Assembly: GCF_009914755.1 (NCBI RefSeq)
Contig: NC_060928.1
DNA: 64,000 nt
Reading direction: 5' to 3' (one strand)
DNA from: the human T2T-CHM13v2.0 reference genome, Homo sapiens
This document shows, in pieces, positions 26,093-37,982 of the stretch (within the stretch, counting starts at the first letter, position 1; each line of letters opens with the position of its first letter). The notes beneath the pieces are model-generated. The model was not told the DNA's origin, did not search any database, and saw only the letters and a list, made by a program, of their open reading frames with translations. A program made the translations under genes and the position numbers.

Positions 26093-27307
26093 TTTAGAAC
26101 CAGCTTGTGAAACCAGTAAAATGCTTTTCTCTTGAGGTTGTGCAACTGTCAAGCTTTACTTCCTAAAGGAATCGCTGTCTTCTAACATCCAGATATCCAG
26201 AAGAAATGTTGATTCCCCTTCCATTCCCTTGCCGCCATTTTTACTCATCCCTTTGTTTGTTAGCCAGCTCTCCTGTAGTTCATAAACCTCGCCTGGGAAA
26301 AACTTCAATTCTGGTGAAAGGTGGGCCTGGGGGCACCCCTACATCTGTGTCTGACCTGGGGAAGGCAGTTTTAGTGAGCGGCATATGTACACCTTTCTAT
26401 ACTTCCAGTATAACAAAAGGATCCACTTCTCAGGCCTGCACAGCTCCTTTTCTACTTTGACGCTGAAGGATTATTTTCCTGGAAAAAAAGATCCTCTGTG
26501 TCCTTTAGAGACAAACAGTCTGTGAGAAGGTCATTCTCAGTTAGCTGGTATGTCGGTGGGATGGCTCTTGGGATTTTCCTGCCATTGCGGTGTCTGCACA
26601 GCATCACCACCTGGCAAGTCATCACTCTTGTTTTTTCTCTCCCAAACTGTAGCTGCTCCCCAGTTAGTTTGACTTTCAGAAGAGAAAAAAGATTTCAGGA
26701 TATATCAGCAAGAGGGCTAATGCTCTTATAAACAAAATGTTACAACAGGTCTCTGGAGGGACGATGTCATTTAAAAAATGGAAATTATTTAGAAGGTGGC
26801 TTGTGGGAGATTGAAAAGCCAACGTCTCATTGCCCTGTGTCCCAACTTGCTGTATCCACCCAGGAACAGGGAGATGCTAGATCCAATTTATGATGTGTGT
26901 GTTGCATGCATGCATGTGTGTATCTGTGAGAATGGGATTATAAATGAAATTTCCTTTTCGCTATTACCACAAATGCTTTTATTTCTGATTTCTTCTGCCC
27001 CTCACCCTCATATAGAGAGCTCTCCCTTAAAACAGACAACAACAATGGGAAAAGGAAAAAAAAAGAAAATATCTTCCCATGAAAACCTCTTTCACATCTG
27101 GCATAATCCCACCTAGAAATTTCAACATTAACAATTTAATGATTATTTTTGTCAGCCTCTCATGAAAATTTTAACACGGTTTATTGAAAGGAAAAGTACT
27201 GTTTGGTTTTTTTTTTCATCCCAAGGCAGTATCGAACTCAACTAAAGAAGACATAGGTGTGTAAAAACCAACTTCCATAGCAGGTGAAATGACAGCAAGA
27301 ATGCCAC

Positions 27308-27330
27308 TTGTTGTTGTTGTTGTTGTTGTT
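27308..27330. repeat. (TTG)7 microsatellite
   Basis: Perfect trinucleotide run. Confidence 0.9.
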
Positions 27331-27549
27331 TTGTTTTTCCTTTTCTTCCTACATTGTTCTCACTCTATCATTCAGCTTTCTCCCTTAGGCCTTGTGCCAG
27401 GATGATAAGGGATGGGAACGGGCTCAGTTGCCCATCCTTCATCTCTGAAGTGTCAGCAGACTTCAGAGGTTACAGCTGTGTAGGCCCTGGACCTGACATA
27501 CTTCAGGTACTTGTGAATGATGAGTTTTCTTTTCTGCCCTCCCCTTCAG

Positions 27550-27663
27550 ATTATGACAGCAGCACCTCAGCCGTTCCGAGTAGACATCCTCCCGGTAGAT
27601 GATGGCACGCCTAGAATTGTCACCAACCTGGGACTCCAGTGGCTGGAATACATGGATGGCAAG
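27550..27663 (+). CDS. FRAS1: FRAS1 exon (114 nt, phase 0->0)
   Basis: ccttcag|ATT ... AAG|gtaagg; IMTAAPQPFRVDILPVDDGTPRIVTNLGLQWLEYMDGK. Confidence 0.95.
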
Positions 27664-28076
27664 GTAAGGCCTGCCCCTCTGTCATGTTCACACCACCCAA
27701 CTTGGGCTACATCCTTCTTCACGACAATGACTTATGAATAGAAGTCCAGTTCAGCTCACCTGTTTATCCCTCCCTAAATAAACTGATTTTCCTGAGATTA
27801 GTGAGCTCCGTGAGTTTGGTTAGGATAAACTTGTGTAGGATCGGGTACGATTGTGTATAGTTTAAGATGCTCTTTGAAAAGACCCCAAAATATAGTAGGT
27901 CAAGCTAGATAGAAGTTTATTTATTTTTTTCTCACATATAGGGTGGACGTAAGTGGGCAGTGCAGGGCTCTACATGAGCACTTAGAGATGTGGATTCCCT
28001 CCACCTTATTGTTCTGTCATCACTAAGTGGTTGCTATTGACTCCTGGCCAAACTTCTTCAGAAATTCATCAATATA

Positions 28077-28379
28077 CAGTTGGCCCTCAGTATCCACAGG
28101 TTCCACATCTGTGGATTCTAACAACTGTGGCTCAAAAATGTTTGAAGGAAAAAAAATAAGAAATAATACAAATTTTAAAAATATAGTACAACAACTGTTT
28201 ATATAGCATTTGTGCCATGTGAGGTATTATAAGTAATCTTGACTTAAAGTATACAGGAGAAAGTGTATAGGTTATATGCAAGTACTATGCCATTTTGTAT
28301 AAAGGACTTGAGCATCCATGGATTTTGTAATCCTCAGAGAAGCCTAGAACCAATCCCCATAGATACTGAGGGACAACTG
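28077..28379 (-). mobile_element. MER2 (TcMar-Tigger MITE), nested in an old MLT1-like LTR (~27835-28630)
   Basis: TIRs CAGTTGGCCCTCAGTATC / GATACTGAGGGACAACTG with TA on both sides; internal GGACTTGAGCATCC. Confidence 0.88.
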
Positions 28380-29049
28380 TACCAGCATATGGGAAGGAGG
28401 AAACAGAAAGAGAGGGGCAAGGAACTCCATATTAAGCAAGTGATACAGAAATTGAATACATCCCTTGCACTCATATTTATTGGCAATAAATTGTTCATAT
28501 GGCCCAAATGTTGCATGGGAGGCTGGGAAATAGCATCTCTAGCTGGGCAGGCAGAGGCTCAGCTAAAACATTGTTCACTAGAAGAAGGGGAGGGTGGATT
28601 TTGGAGAATATCGAGTGTCTACCATAAATGAGAAAGAAGCGGGGCATTTTTGTAGGTAAGTGTGCACAGATGAATTGTACTTTAGGCATTGCTTTCTCTT
28701 TCTCCTAATTTCGAAATTGGTCATTTTAAGATCTATGCCATAATTTTCACCTAGTAATCATGTCAAGCACTAAATCCACATCCCCACCCAAACATAGTTC
28801 TTCAGTTGAGAACTGGTTTCTTGCATTTGTGGGTGGTATTCTTTCTAGGATGTGGCTTGTTTACCATCTCCATGGAGCTAATTAGTTCATTGTATGTGTA
28901 GATGTTGCACTATAGCTTCTAATTGAACTGGTTGGGTTTTAAAAAAAACAAACAAACATGAATTAAAGTTAGTGCCAATTTCCCCTGTGCTCTATTTGAT
29001 CTTTTTTCCCCACCTTATTTAGAGCAATTCCATTCTCTTCTCAATACTC

Positions 29050-29680
29050 TCCAATTGGGTTTCTACCCCCTACTCCTACTCTATTGCAGTAACTGTTATT
29101 AAAGTCACCAATGACCTCTATTTTGCCAAATCCAGAGACCAATTGTCTGTCTTTACCTTACTAGACCTAAAAAAATCTTCAATGCTCTTGACCACCCTCT
29201 TTCTTTGCTCAAATCTTGGCTCTCACTAAATACTTCAATGAATGAATGAATGAAAGTTCAGCCAGTGTATTTGGGCAATATCAGGGTACAGTGTGTTTCT
29301 CTTACTCTATTTCAAGTATCATAATTGACTCCTAGAAAGTGGCCACCTTCCCTGTACTGAATTATTCTTTCAAAGTTCCAACTTTCTTTCAAGGCCCAAC
29401 TCAAATCCCACTGCCTCCAATCCATCCTCCTTCAACTCCAGATGAAATTAATCTTTTTCTCTCTCTCTCTTTCTCTTAAAAAGTGTGCAGCCCTCTTTTT
29501 ATGTCTTCCATTACAGCTCTTGCCACATTGACCTTGTGCATGAGCCTTTCTTTCCCTATTAAGTGTGAATACCTCAAGGGCAGAAGCTGGAATGGTTTTC
29601 ATCCTCATAGCCTCTCCAATCCTGACAGAGCTTTCCATGCAGTAAATACACTCAGTAAATCATTGTTGAACTGAATTAAA
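29050..29680 (+). mobile_element. L2 fragments
   Basis: aaagtcaccaatgacctc...gccaaatcca; (GAAT)n tail; 3' end cagtaaatacactcagtaaatcattgttgaactgaat. Confidence 0.65.
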
Positions 29681-29751
29681 TCTGAGTCAGAGGGTCTTGT
29701 TCCTGCTTTATTCCCACCTCAGGAATTAAATTAAATGGGTTTCTATTCTAG

Positions 29752-29902
29752 GCAACCAACCTGATCACCAAGAAGGAACTGCTGACCATGGACCCAGACA
29801 CCGAGGACGCGCAGCTTGTCTATGAGATAACGACGGGCCCTAAGCATGGCTTTGTGGAGAACAAGCTGCAGCCTGGCAGAGCTGCTGCCACTTTCACCCA
29901 GG
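29752..29902 (+). CDS. FRAS1: FRAS1 exon (151 nt, phase 0->1)
   Basis: attctag|GCA ... CAGG|gtgggg; ATNLITKKELLTMDPDTEDAQLVYEITTGPKHGFVENKLQPGRAAATFTQ. Not in the ORF track. Confidence 0.94.
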
Positions 29903-31009
29903 GTGGGGACTCTCTGGGAACTTAGAAATGGGAGAAATCTATGCTAATGTCACACTGCCTATCTCCCAGATTCTTCTCACAGCCACTTCCAGCTACTTAT
30001 GCCCAAGTAACCACTTTGCAGAGATCTTCTAGTGCTTAACCATCCAACTTAAGAATTTTATTTCTCCTGATTTTTTTCCCTGTGATGATGAACTATGGCA
30101 AAGAAAAATTCACCTTTACCGTGCTTCCTCAACTCCTAAATTGCTCTAAGTGTTGGCCAGGTTTTCTGGAAAAGAATGCATGATGCTGCTTGGTTTTCTT
30201 TAAAAACAATAACAACAAGAAAGCAAAAAATAACAAGCAGACATTATGAAAGATCTGTGATCCTGTGTGATTTATTTTTTGTTCTCTAAGGATTATAGAC
30301 TTTAAGTCTTCAGCCTAGAAATTAAAATCAACATGTATAGGTTGCTCAACAGAAATATTTTCCCTGTTTTGAATCATCTCAAGCAGGCCATGTTAAGCTT
30401 GTCAGGCTCCTCTAGACTTTTTTCAGGATTGACTTGACTGGGAGCAGTCATTGCAAAACTGCATCTCAAAATTCATGCTCCATGAATTTTCTTTTTACTC
30501 TCTGTCCTCAATTGTATGTTCTCTCCTCACACCTTTTTAGCTGTGCTTTGTGTATGGGAAGTTTTAACCCAACCCCAGCTATTCTTATTAGCACATACCT
30601 TCCAAAGAACCTTTATTAGAAGGAATTAGGTCTGAGTATGAGGCTATAAACACAGAGGATGGAGTCAAAGACTTTCCTCTGTCAACTCTAGGATTTGCCA
30701 TCAACATTCACAGACATTTATTGAAGTGCTTTTTGTCAGGACCCTGGGATTCTCATTTTATAACAGCATAAGAGATATTTACAATATCTCTGTACTTAAA
30801 GACAGATCTTTTTTTTCACAGAGCTTCAGGATTTTATTTTAAAATCTGACAGAAACATTTATTTTAACAACTACTATACTTTTGGTGCTTGGAAAAATAA
30901 GTTTTGTCTGTAATACATTAGAAGAATAAACTAGGTTTGTTGGTGTGGTAATCTATGAAGCTGTCGTTACATCCCTGGGTTAATTCACAGTGAGTCTTTT
31001 TTCTCACAG

Positions 31010-31169
31010 AGGATGTGAACTTGGGGTTGATTCGTTATGTGTTGCACAAGGAGAAGATCCGTGAGATGATGGATAGTTTTCAGTTTCTGGTGAAAGACAG
31101 TAAACCCAATGTGGTCAGCGACAATGTCTTCCATATCCAGTGGTCACTCATCAGCTTTAAATATACCAG
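31010..31169 (+). CDS. FRAS1: FRAS1 exon (160 nt, phase 1->2), end of last CSPG repeat
   Basis: tctcacag|AG ... ACCAG|gtacaa; (E)DVNLGLIRYVLHKEKIREMMDSFQFLVKDSKPNVVSDNVFHIQWSLISFKYT. Confidence 0.94.
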
Positions 31170-33009
31170 GTACAAGTTTTACTGTGCTTTCCTTCTTGAG
31201 AAATCAATCAGGCAAGCAGAGGGAGTCAGGATGAAGGATGCTGGGGGGCAGCTCTAGTCACCTCTTGATGGCGGTGATGGTGATGATGGCAGTGATAAAA
31301 GTAATAATTTCACCAAATATTTATTGAGTACTGTATGTATTAGGTGCTGCACTAGGACTCGACATGCATCATCTTATATAATACTTGGAATTCTGAGATG
31401 AATTCCATTCCTGTCTCCACAGTGGCAAAGTAATAGAGACAGAAACTTGTTTATGTAACTTGTCCACAGTCACATAGCTAATAAGAAGTAAGACCAGGAT
31501 GTAAGCCCAGTGATCTTAACGATGTGCTCTACTGCTGCTCAGACAAATGTTTTTGCTTCTGTCTCTTCAAGTTTTAGAAGAGAGTCTAGTAGAACTGATA
31601 GGAAAAATAAAAATAGGCATTCAAGTTTGGAAAATAATCACTGGCCCACACTATCAATATCTTCACCTTCCATCTGTATTCTCCTTGTTCCCAACCCTGT
31701 TTTCTCCCCTGGCTTCTTTGGGTTTGGTAGGAATGTATATCTGTAGGGCTAAATGCATGGCTTAATGTGGACAGCCCTTTAAGATGCTTTTCTAATCTGT
31801 TGGAGAGTTAGAAAGGCAAACAGAGAGATACTGATTGTTAAAGGTAGTGTGCAAGCATGGTGCTGATTTTATAGGTTAGATTATAACTAGGATTATAATT
31901 TATGTGGGGGAAATATTCTTTAAGTCTACATTTCAGAGACTCACTATCCAAGAAATCAACTTCATGAAAATTCAGATAAAAATTGGAACTTGGGGGAAAA
32001 AAGGAAGACTTAAAACCTTGATTTCATGTGCCCCAAATTCAGGCTATTCTACTCTTACACACATTTGGAGAATTAGAGGAAAATTAGAATCAACTTTTAC
32101 ATATGTAATGTTTTGCTGTTATTTACCTCTCAATTGTATCACCTTCAAAATTCAATAAATTCAATAAAATTCATCCCTTTTTCTGGACAACCCTCTAACA
32201 TTTAATGGACTAAGTGGTATAGACGGTCCCAAAGCTGGCAATGAGGACTGAGCTCTCAGAGTCACTTTCCCTGCTGTCCTCACAGCAACAAGACATGCAC
32301 CCAGGTCTAGGGGCCATCCTCAGTGGTGAAAAACAAAGCCCAGCTCATGCCCTACTTTCTGTGGCCTTTCCAAACCTAGATACTTATTATGAATCAATAG
32401 CATATGAATAGTTGGCCTTCTACTTTACAAATGCAATAGAGATTCTGAGCAGCAAGCTAAATTAATCATGTCCTTCCCCCATTGTCATAAAGTTCTATTT
32501 GTCTAAACATCTCTGTTATGTAGGCTTACCTCACATTTTCTTACCTCTGCTTCTGCTCTGACTCCATCACACAGTTCCTGGAGATCTGGTCCAGTCAGTT
32601 CCCACCTAAGTCATTGATTGCCTTCAGAGCAGCTTTCTTCCCTAAGAACCCACTGACCTATTGTGATTACTCAACCCCAGGAGGGAGAGATTGTTTTTCC
32701 TTTCTCTGTGCCCTGAAATCTGAAGTTCATTGCTCCTATGTGCTGTCCATCTCCCAAAATGACTCTTAGCTTGCTTGCAAAGCAGGGAAGACGACATTCT
32801 GCATCCACAGCTTCCCTGTTTGTTTCGTGCTCTGATTGTTCAGGTGAACTCATTCCCTCAATTTACAGCCTGGATTCTTAGAGGAACCAAACTTCCTCTT
32901 CTCTGACTACCTAATGCCAAGAACCAAATGGAAGAGACAGGCATTAAACAAGTTGTTTTTTCATAACCATGGGGCATAGTTTAAGAGATGCCTTTTTGTG
33001 TGCTTCCAG

Positions 33010-33178
33010 CTACAATGTCAGTGAGAAGGCAGGGTCTGTCAGTGTCACGGTGCAGAGGACTGGGAACCTGAACCAATATGCCATCGTCCTGTGTCGCACC
33101 GAGCAAGGCACCGCCAGCTCCAGCTCCAGGGTCAGCTCCCAACCTGGGCAACAGGACTATGTAGAGTATGCTGGCCAG
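33010..33178 (+). CDS. FRAS1: FRAS1 exon (169 nt, phase 2->0), Calx-beta 1 N-half
   Basis: cttccag|C ... CAG|gtaggt; (S)YNVSEKAGSVSVTVQRTGNLNQYAIVLCRTEQGTASSSSRVSSQPGQQDYVEYAGQ. Confidence 0.95.
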
Positions 33179-33509
33179 GTAGGTGGGGTAGTGGGGTTGG
33201 GGGAGGCTCCAGCAAGGGCTGTGACATGGCTGCAAGCAATTGTGGCACTTTCCTACTTCTTCCCAACTTTGCTTTTCACTGGTGTCCTTCTTCAAGTATT
33301 AAATAGTTTTCCTATGTTCCCCTCCCATAGTACTTTGTTCTTCACAGTCTCTCTAACCTCCATTGAAGTTTTAACTGCCAAAGGGGAAGTTGTTGTCTAG
33401 CTTCTCAGTCTTTACATTTTGCTTCATGACAAAAAGAAGTCTCCAAGCATCATGTTCTATATTCAGCTTTGGTATCCCAACCGTTCTTCTCCTCTCACCT
33501 TCTTTACCT

Positions 33510-33950
33510 AAAGGGAGAGAAGAGAGTGTGTAAGGAGACTGGTTGGGAATCCCTTGGGGTAGGCTGGCTGAGATGATGGGAGCTTGGGCTTCGATTATGA
33601 AGTGAAGTTTGAGAGAAGCGGATGGATTTGACAGATGAGTGAGAATTGATAGGATTTGGCAGTGGATTGATTAGACAGTGGGGCCATTTGAAAGATGGAT
33701 GATGATGCCTCTTGCTAGGAAGGGACATATAAGAGGAGCCGGTTGGGCAAGGTTTGGTGCTCGTGACTTTGCTTTGGCTATGTTAGGTATAAATTGTCTT
33801 AGAAAGAGCAGGTTGACCACTGTATAGATGGGCAGGCAGTGCAGAGAGGAGTCTGGTGTCCAGAGAGAAATTTGCAAGTCATCTACATACCAGTGGTAAT
33901 TAAAGGTGGCAATGAGAAAGAAAAAGGAGAGAGTGAAAGTGGAAGAGAAA
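33510..33950 (-). mobile_element. L2 fragment
   Basis: gagagaattgataggatttggcagtggattga ... gaggagtctggtgtccagagagaaatttgcaagtcatc. Confidence 0.55.
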
Positions 33951-35385
33951 GGAGGACTTAAATAGTCAACTTAAATAGTCAACAAATACAGGGCCCCATG
34001 TATTTGTCATCTTTTATGGAGGGCACAATGTCTGACACTTAATTTTTTTTTCAAAGCAACTTTATTGTTATTATGGCAACACAGATCTCTGTAAAGAGAA
34101 GTGGGCTCTGTTCTTTAATTGAGGCATTTCAGCTGGACTAAGCTAATGTCTCTAATGTCAAATGTAAGTGAGGAATTAGGAAAGAACAGATAAGCTAATG
34201 TCTTTCAGCTAAATGATAAGACGGAGGATATTCTTGTGTTTTTCAGGGAAAGACAGAAGACTGTCAGTGTATTCTAGATCTTACATAAAGATCTGTTGAG
34301 TGTTTCATTTCACTGGGAGTGTTTTAAAATATGAAGCTTAATAAAAGTGTTATTAGTTGATTAGATATATACTAATAATTTTCTGTTTGAGTAAAATTTT
34401 TGCAGATTTGTGTGTCCCCAGACATTTATGTCTGTTTTTTGTACATATTTCAGTTATCTCCGTTTACACAAAGTATAGTCCAGGCTCATTTCCTGCAGTT
34501 TCAGTTTTGGGCAAGTCCATAGTCGTGGTTTCACTTGAAGATTTTTAATTTCTTTCTTTTTAAAAAAAAAAAAAACAAAGTAAAACCAGAATAAGTCCCT
34601 ATAAGTTCACAATTGTGTACATATAAAATAATTTCTCTGTTTTGTACTGGGCTAAATTGATTCACATTTTAATGGCAAAGGGTGTAGTCAAAATATCAAG
34701 TTAAAATTAGTCTACCTTGTTTATAATGTAATTTTCTATGAATTTAAATTCCATTATTCAGTACACTGGAATTCTATGTCAATTTTAATTGTGTAAGTAA
34801 TATGGTGATACTAATGATAATATCTTATGTTTGTTTGGTACTTTAAAATACACTTAACACCTTCATATACAAGACCTCCTTTAGTCCTCCCAAGAAGCGT
34901 ATGAGGTAGGAATATTATGACTTTTCTTTAGTTGATGAGGAATCTGATGTTTGTAAAGCTTCATAACCTAATACAGCTTGGAAGTAACAGAACCAGATCT
35001 GAGAACAGAACTTCATACTCCAAGGCCAGAGTTCTTCCAGAAAGGGAACTGAGTCATCAAATGATGACTGTTGCTGCCCCAAGTGAGTTAATAAGACAGG
35101 CTATAAAGAGTTACTACATGTTTTTCTCCAGTCACCAATGGTAGGAGAGATTTTGCTCCTTCATGTCCTTATACAATAAAGCAGCCCTCCTGTACAGGTT
35201 AAGAATGGGAAGAGGTGGCTGGGTGTTCCAGGTGATGCAGCAGGGAACCAGGGCTGGGAGAACCAGCTATTTCAGTCAGTGCTCTGCCCACTGGACTTGG
35301 ATGCTCTTTTCCTATGATGCCCTGGGGAAGCAGAGCAGGGGAAGCTGAGGCACAGCTTAACTTCTTGTTGGTTCCTTTGTGACAG

Positions 35386-35632
35386 GTCCAGTTTGATGAG
35401 CGAGAGGACACCAAGTCCTGCACCATTGTCATCAACGATGATGACGTGTTTGAAAATGTTGAGAGTTTCACTGTGGAGCTCAGCATGCCAGCTTATGCCC
35501 TGTTAGGGGAATTCACCCAGGCGAAGGTCATTATCAACGATACCGAGGATGAACCCACATTAGAGTTTGACAAGAAGATCTACTGGGTTAACGAGAGCGC
35601 TGGTTTTCTGTTTGCACCTATTGAAAGAAAAG
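35386..35632 (+). CDS. FRAS1: FRAS1 exon (247 nt, phase 0->1), Calx-beta 1/2
   Basis: gtgacag|GTC ... AAAG|gtctgt; VQFDEREDTKSCTIVINDDDVFENVESFTVEL...YWVNESAGFLFAPIERK. Confidence 0.94.
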
Positions 35633-36108
35633 GTCTGTTGGTTCCACAGGTGACAAAGAGCTATAATAATTGCTAACATTTATTGAGTTCCTATTATGTG
35701 CTAAGCACTCATCTCATGCATTATCTTAACTCACATGTGTACTTTCCACTTATTAACTCATTTGGTTCCCACAACAACCCTGATGATGATTCTATCCATA
35801 GTGACTACCATCAGAAAGCCTCTTTTCTTAGTTCAAGTTGTTAGAGCTCCCATTTACTCTTAAATTGGACTAGAAGACTGGTTATATTTAGCCTTCTAAA
35901 TTATTCATGAATCAGTATTCTTAATCAATCACCCAATCCATAAAATATTTAGTAACCTTGGTCAAGGAGGGAAGTTACAGTTCATAAGGACTGGCTTTCC
36001 ATCTTATTCTTGGAAGACAGAAATATGCTGAAAATTTCCCTATGTGACAGTCATATGTAGAGCTCAGATGAGAAATAAACTATGTGTAAGAAATAAAGGG
36101 CAATTCTT

Positions 36109-36155
36109 TTTTTGTTTTATTTTTGACTGATACATAGTAATTGTGCATGTTGATA
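36109..36155 (-). mobile_element. Ultra-short (~47 bp) L1MA-like 3' tip with TSD
   Basis: polyT plus tgatacatagtaattgtgcat, flanked by the direct repeat AAAGGGCAATTCTT (36095-36108 and 36156-36169). Confidence 0.7.
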
Positions 36156-36944
36156 AAAGGGCAATTCTTGAGGAGTTGGAAATAAAAATAAACATCATAT
36201 GGAATTTTGATTGTGCAAGATTGAGACTTTAAAACACATGGAAATTGAACCCCCATTCAAAGGCACAACAAGACTGTAAATGATGATTTTGGGTTTCTTT
36301 CTTGAATCTGCTGACTGGGTATTAGTGTAACAAATACTGTAGATAGCAAAAACCCTTGGTAATGCCACTTGGAAAACAAGCAAGCCTCATTGATTGCTCT
36401 GGGCCACCAAGCCAGGCCCAGAACAGGCTGTCACCAAGGGAAGTGACAGCCCTAATAAGTAAAGTCATTTGTATACAGTGGCAGATTTTATTTTGTTTTG
36501 TCTTTCTCTTTTTAAATAAGCCTGTTTCTTTCTGGGAATTAAAGTATAGAAGTTTATTCAGAAAGGCAGTGAACTGTGCTTATAGCACTACCTTCAGGAC
36601 ACAATTACTTTCCTACTTAAAGTACCAAATATGTGTCATATCTTTCCACCTGCTGTGGTCTTAGATGGTGGGCAATGAGTCTTGCAAATTAACAGAGCAC
36701 AAAATTCACAGAATAGGAAATCCATTTTGAGTTGTTTGATGAAGTATCTGGGGTATATTAAATCCTCAAGTGGTTTATACCACAGGCTCAAAGAAACTGC
36801 AATTCAGGAAGGTTTTATGTCAGAGTTTGAACAGAAATAGTGATGGACTGTTTGGGAGGGACCAAGCTCATTAACTTACCAGAGGTTTTAAAATCTGAGA
36901 AGCACTCATTCAAATGCTTTGGTTTTTTGCCATTTGTATTTCAG

Positions 36945-37289
36945 GAGATGCAAGCAGCATTGTATCTGCAATTTGCTACACAGTCCCTAAGTCAGCTATG
37001 GGAAGTAGCCTCTATGCTCTAGAATCAGGCTCTGATTTTAAATCTAGAGGGATGTCTGCCGCGAGTCGTGTGATATTCGGGCCTGGTGTGACCATGTCCA
37101 CCTGTGATGTCATGCTTATTGATGACAGCGAGTATGAAGAGGAAGAAGAGTTTGAGATTGCCTTGGCAGATGCCTCTGACAATGCCCGCATTGGAAGGGT
37201 GGCGACAGCCAAGGTGCTCATTAGTGGTCCCAACGATGCCTCGACTGTGTCCCTGGGCAACACGGCTTTCACTGTCAGTGAGGACGCAG
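36945..37289 (+). CDS. FRAS1: FRAS1 exon (345 nt, phase 1->1), Calx-beta 2/3
   Basis: atttcag|GA ... GCAG|gtaatg; DASSIVSAICYTVPKSA...LIDDSEYEEEEEFEIAL...FTVSEDA. Confidence 0.95.
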
Positions 37290-37499
37290 GTAATGGAGAG
37301 TGTCTCTGAGTTTCCTTCACCTGTCTCCTGATTCCTTTCTTGAGCAGTTTTCTCCTTAGGTTTCAGAATATCCGGGAGACATTGAGAATGCCATTCCTCA
37401 GGGATACCACTGTTGGTCTAAGGCACTATATAATGCTTGGCCAAGACCAAGCATGGAATTTATTATAGAGAGTTCCATCCACTTTTCTTACTCTGATTT

Positions 37500-37982
37500 G
37501 TTTTAGTAAATTTTTGTGGGTACATAGTAAGTGTATATATTTATGGATTATATGATATATTTTGATACAGGCATGTAATATATAATAATCACATCAGGAT
37601 AAATGGGGTGTTCATCACCTCACCTCAAGCATTTATCCTTTGTGTTATGTACAATCCAATTATACTCTTTTAGTTATTTTAAAATGTGCAATTAAATTAT
37701 TTTGACTATAGTCACCCTGTTGTGCTAGGGAATACTAGGTCTTCTTTCTAAGTATTTTGTGTACCCATTAACCATGCCCACTTCCCCCCTCCACCACCAT
37801 TTCCCACCCCCACTACTCTTCCCATCCTCTGGTAACCATCCTTCTACAACGTGGATGGAAGTGGAGGTCCTTATGCTAAGTGAAATAAGCCAGGCACAGA
37901 AAGACAAACTTCACATGTTCTCACTTATTTGTGGGAGCTAAAGGTTAAAATCATTGAGGTCATGGAGATAGAGTGTAGAAGG
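37500..37982 (-). mobile_element. L1MA 3' end with 5' inversion (twin priming)
   Basis: 37500-37846 is the antisense 3' end and 37847-37982 is the adjacent L1 segment in sense orientation; degenerate TSD ttactctg(a/g)tt. Confidence 0.85.

Noticed and set aside
25931-26152. Poly-Met ORF
   Set aside because: It is the reverse reading of the (CAT)12 microsatellite at the end of a MIR.
33956-33983. 13-bp tandem duplication ACTTAAATAGTCA x2
   Set aside because: Ordinary slippage event with no functional context.
37012-37320. Antisense ORFs overlapping exons (also 22040-22327, 35199-35486, 57100-57378)
   Set aside because: These are shadows of FRAS1 codon structure with no independent support.
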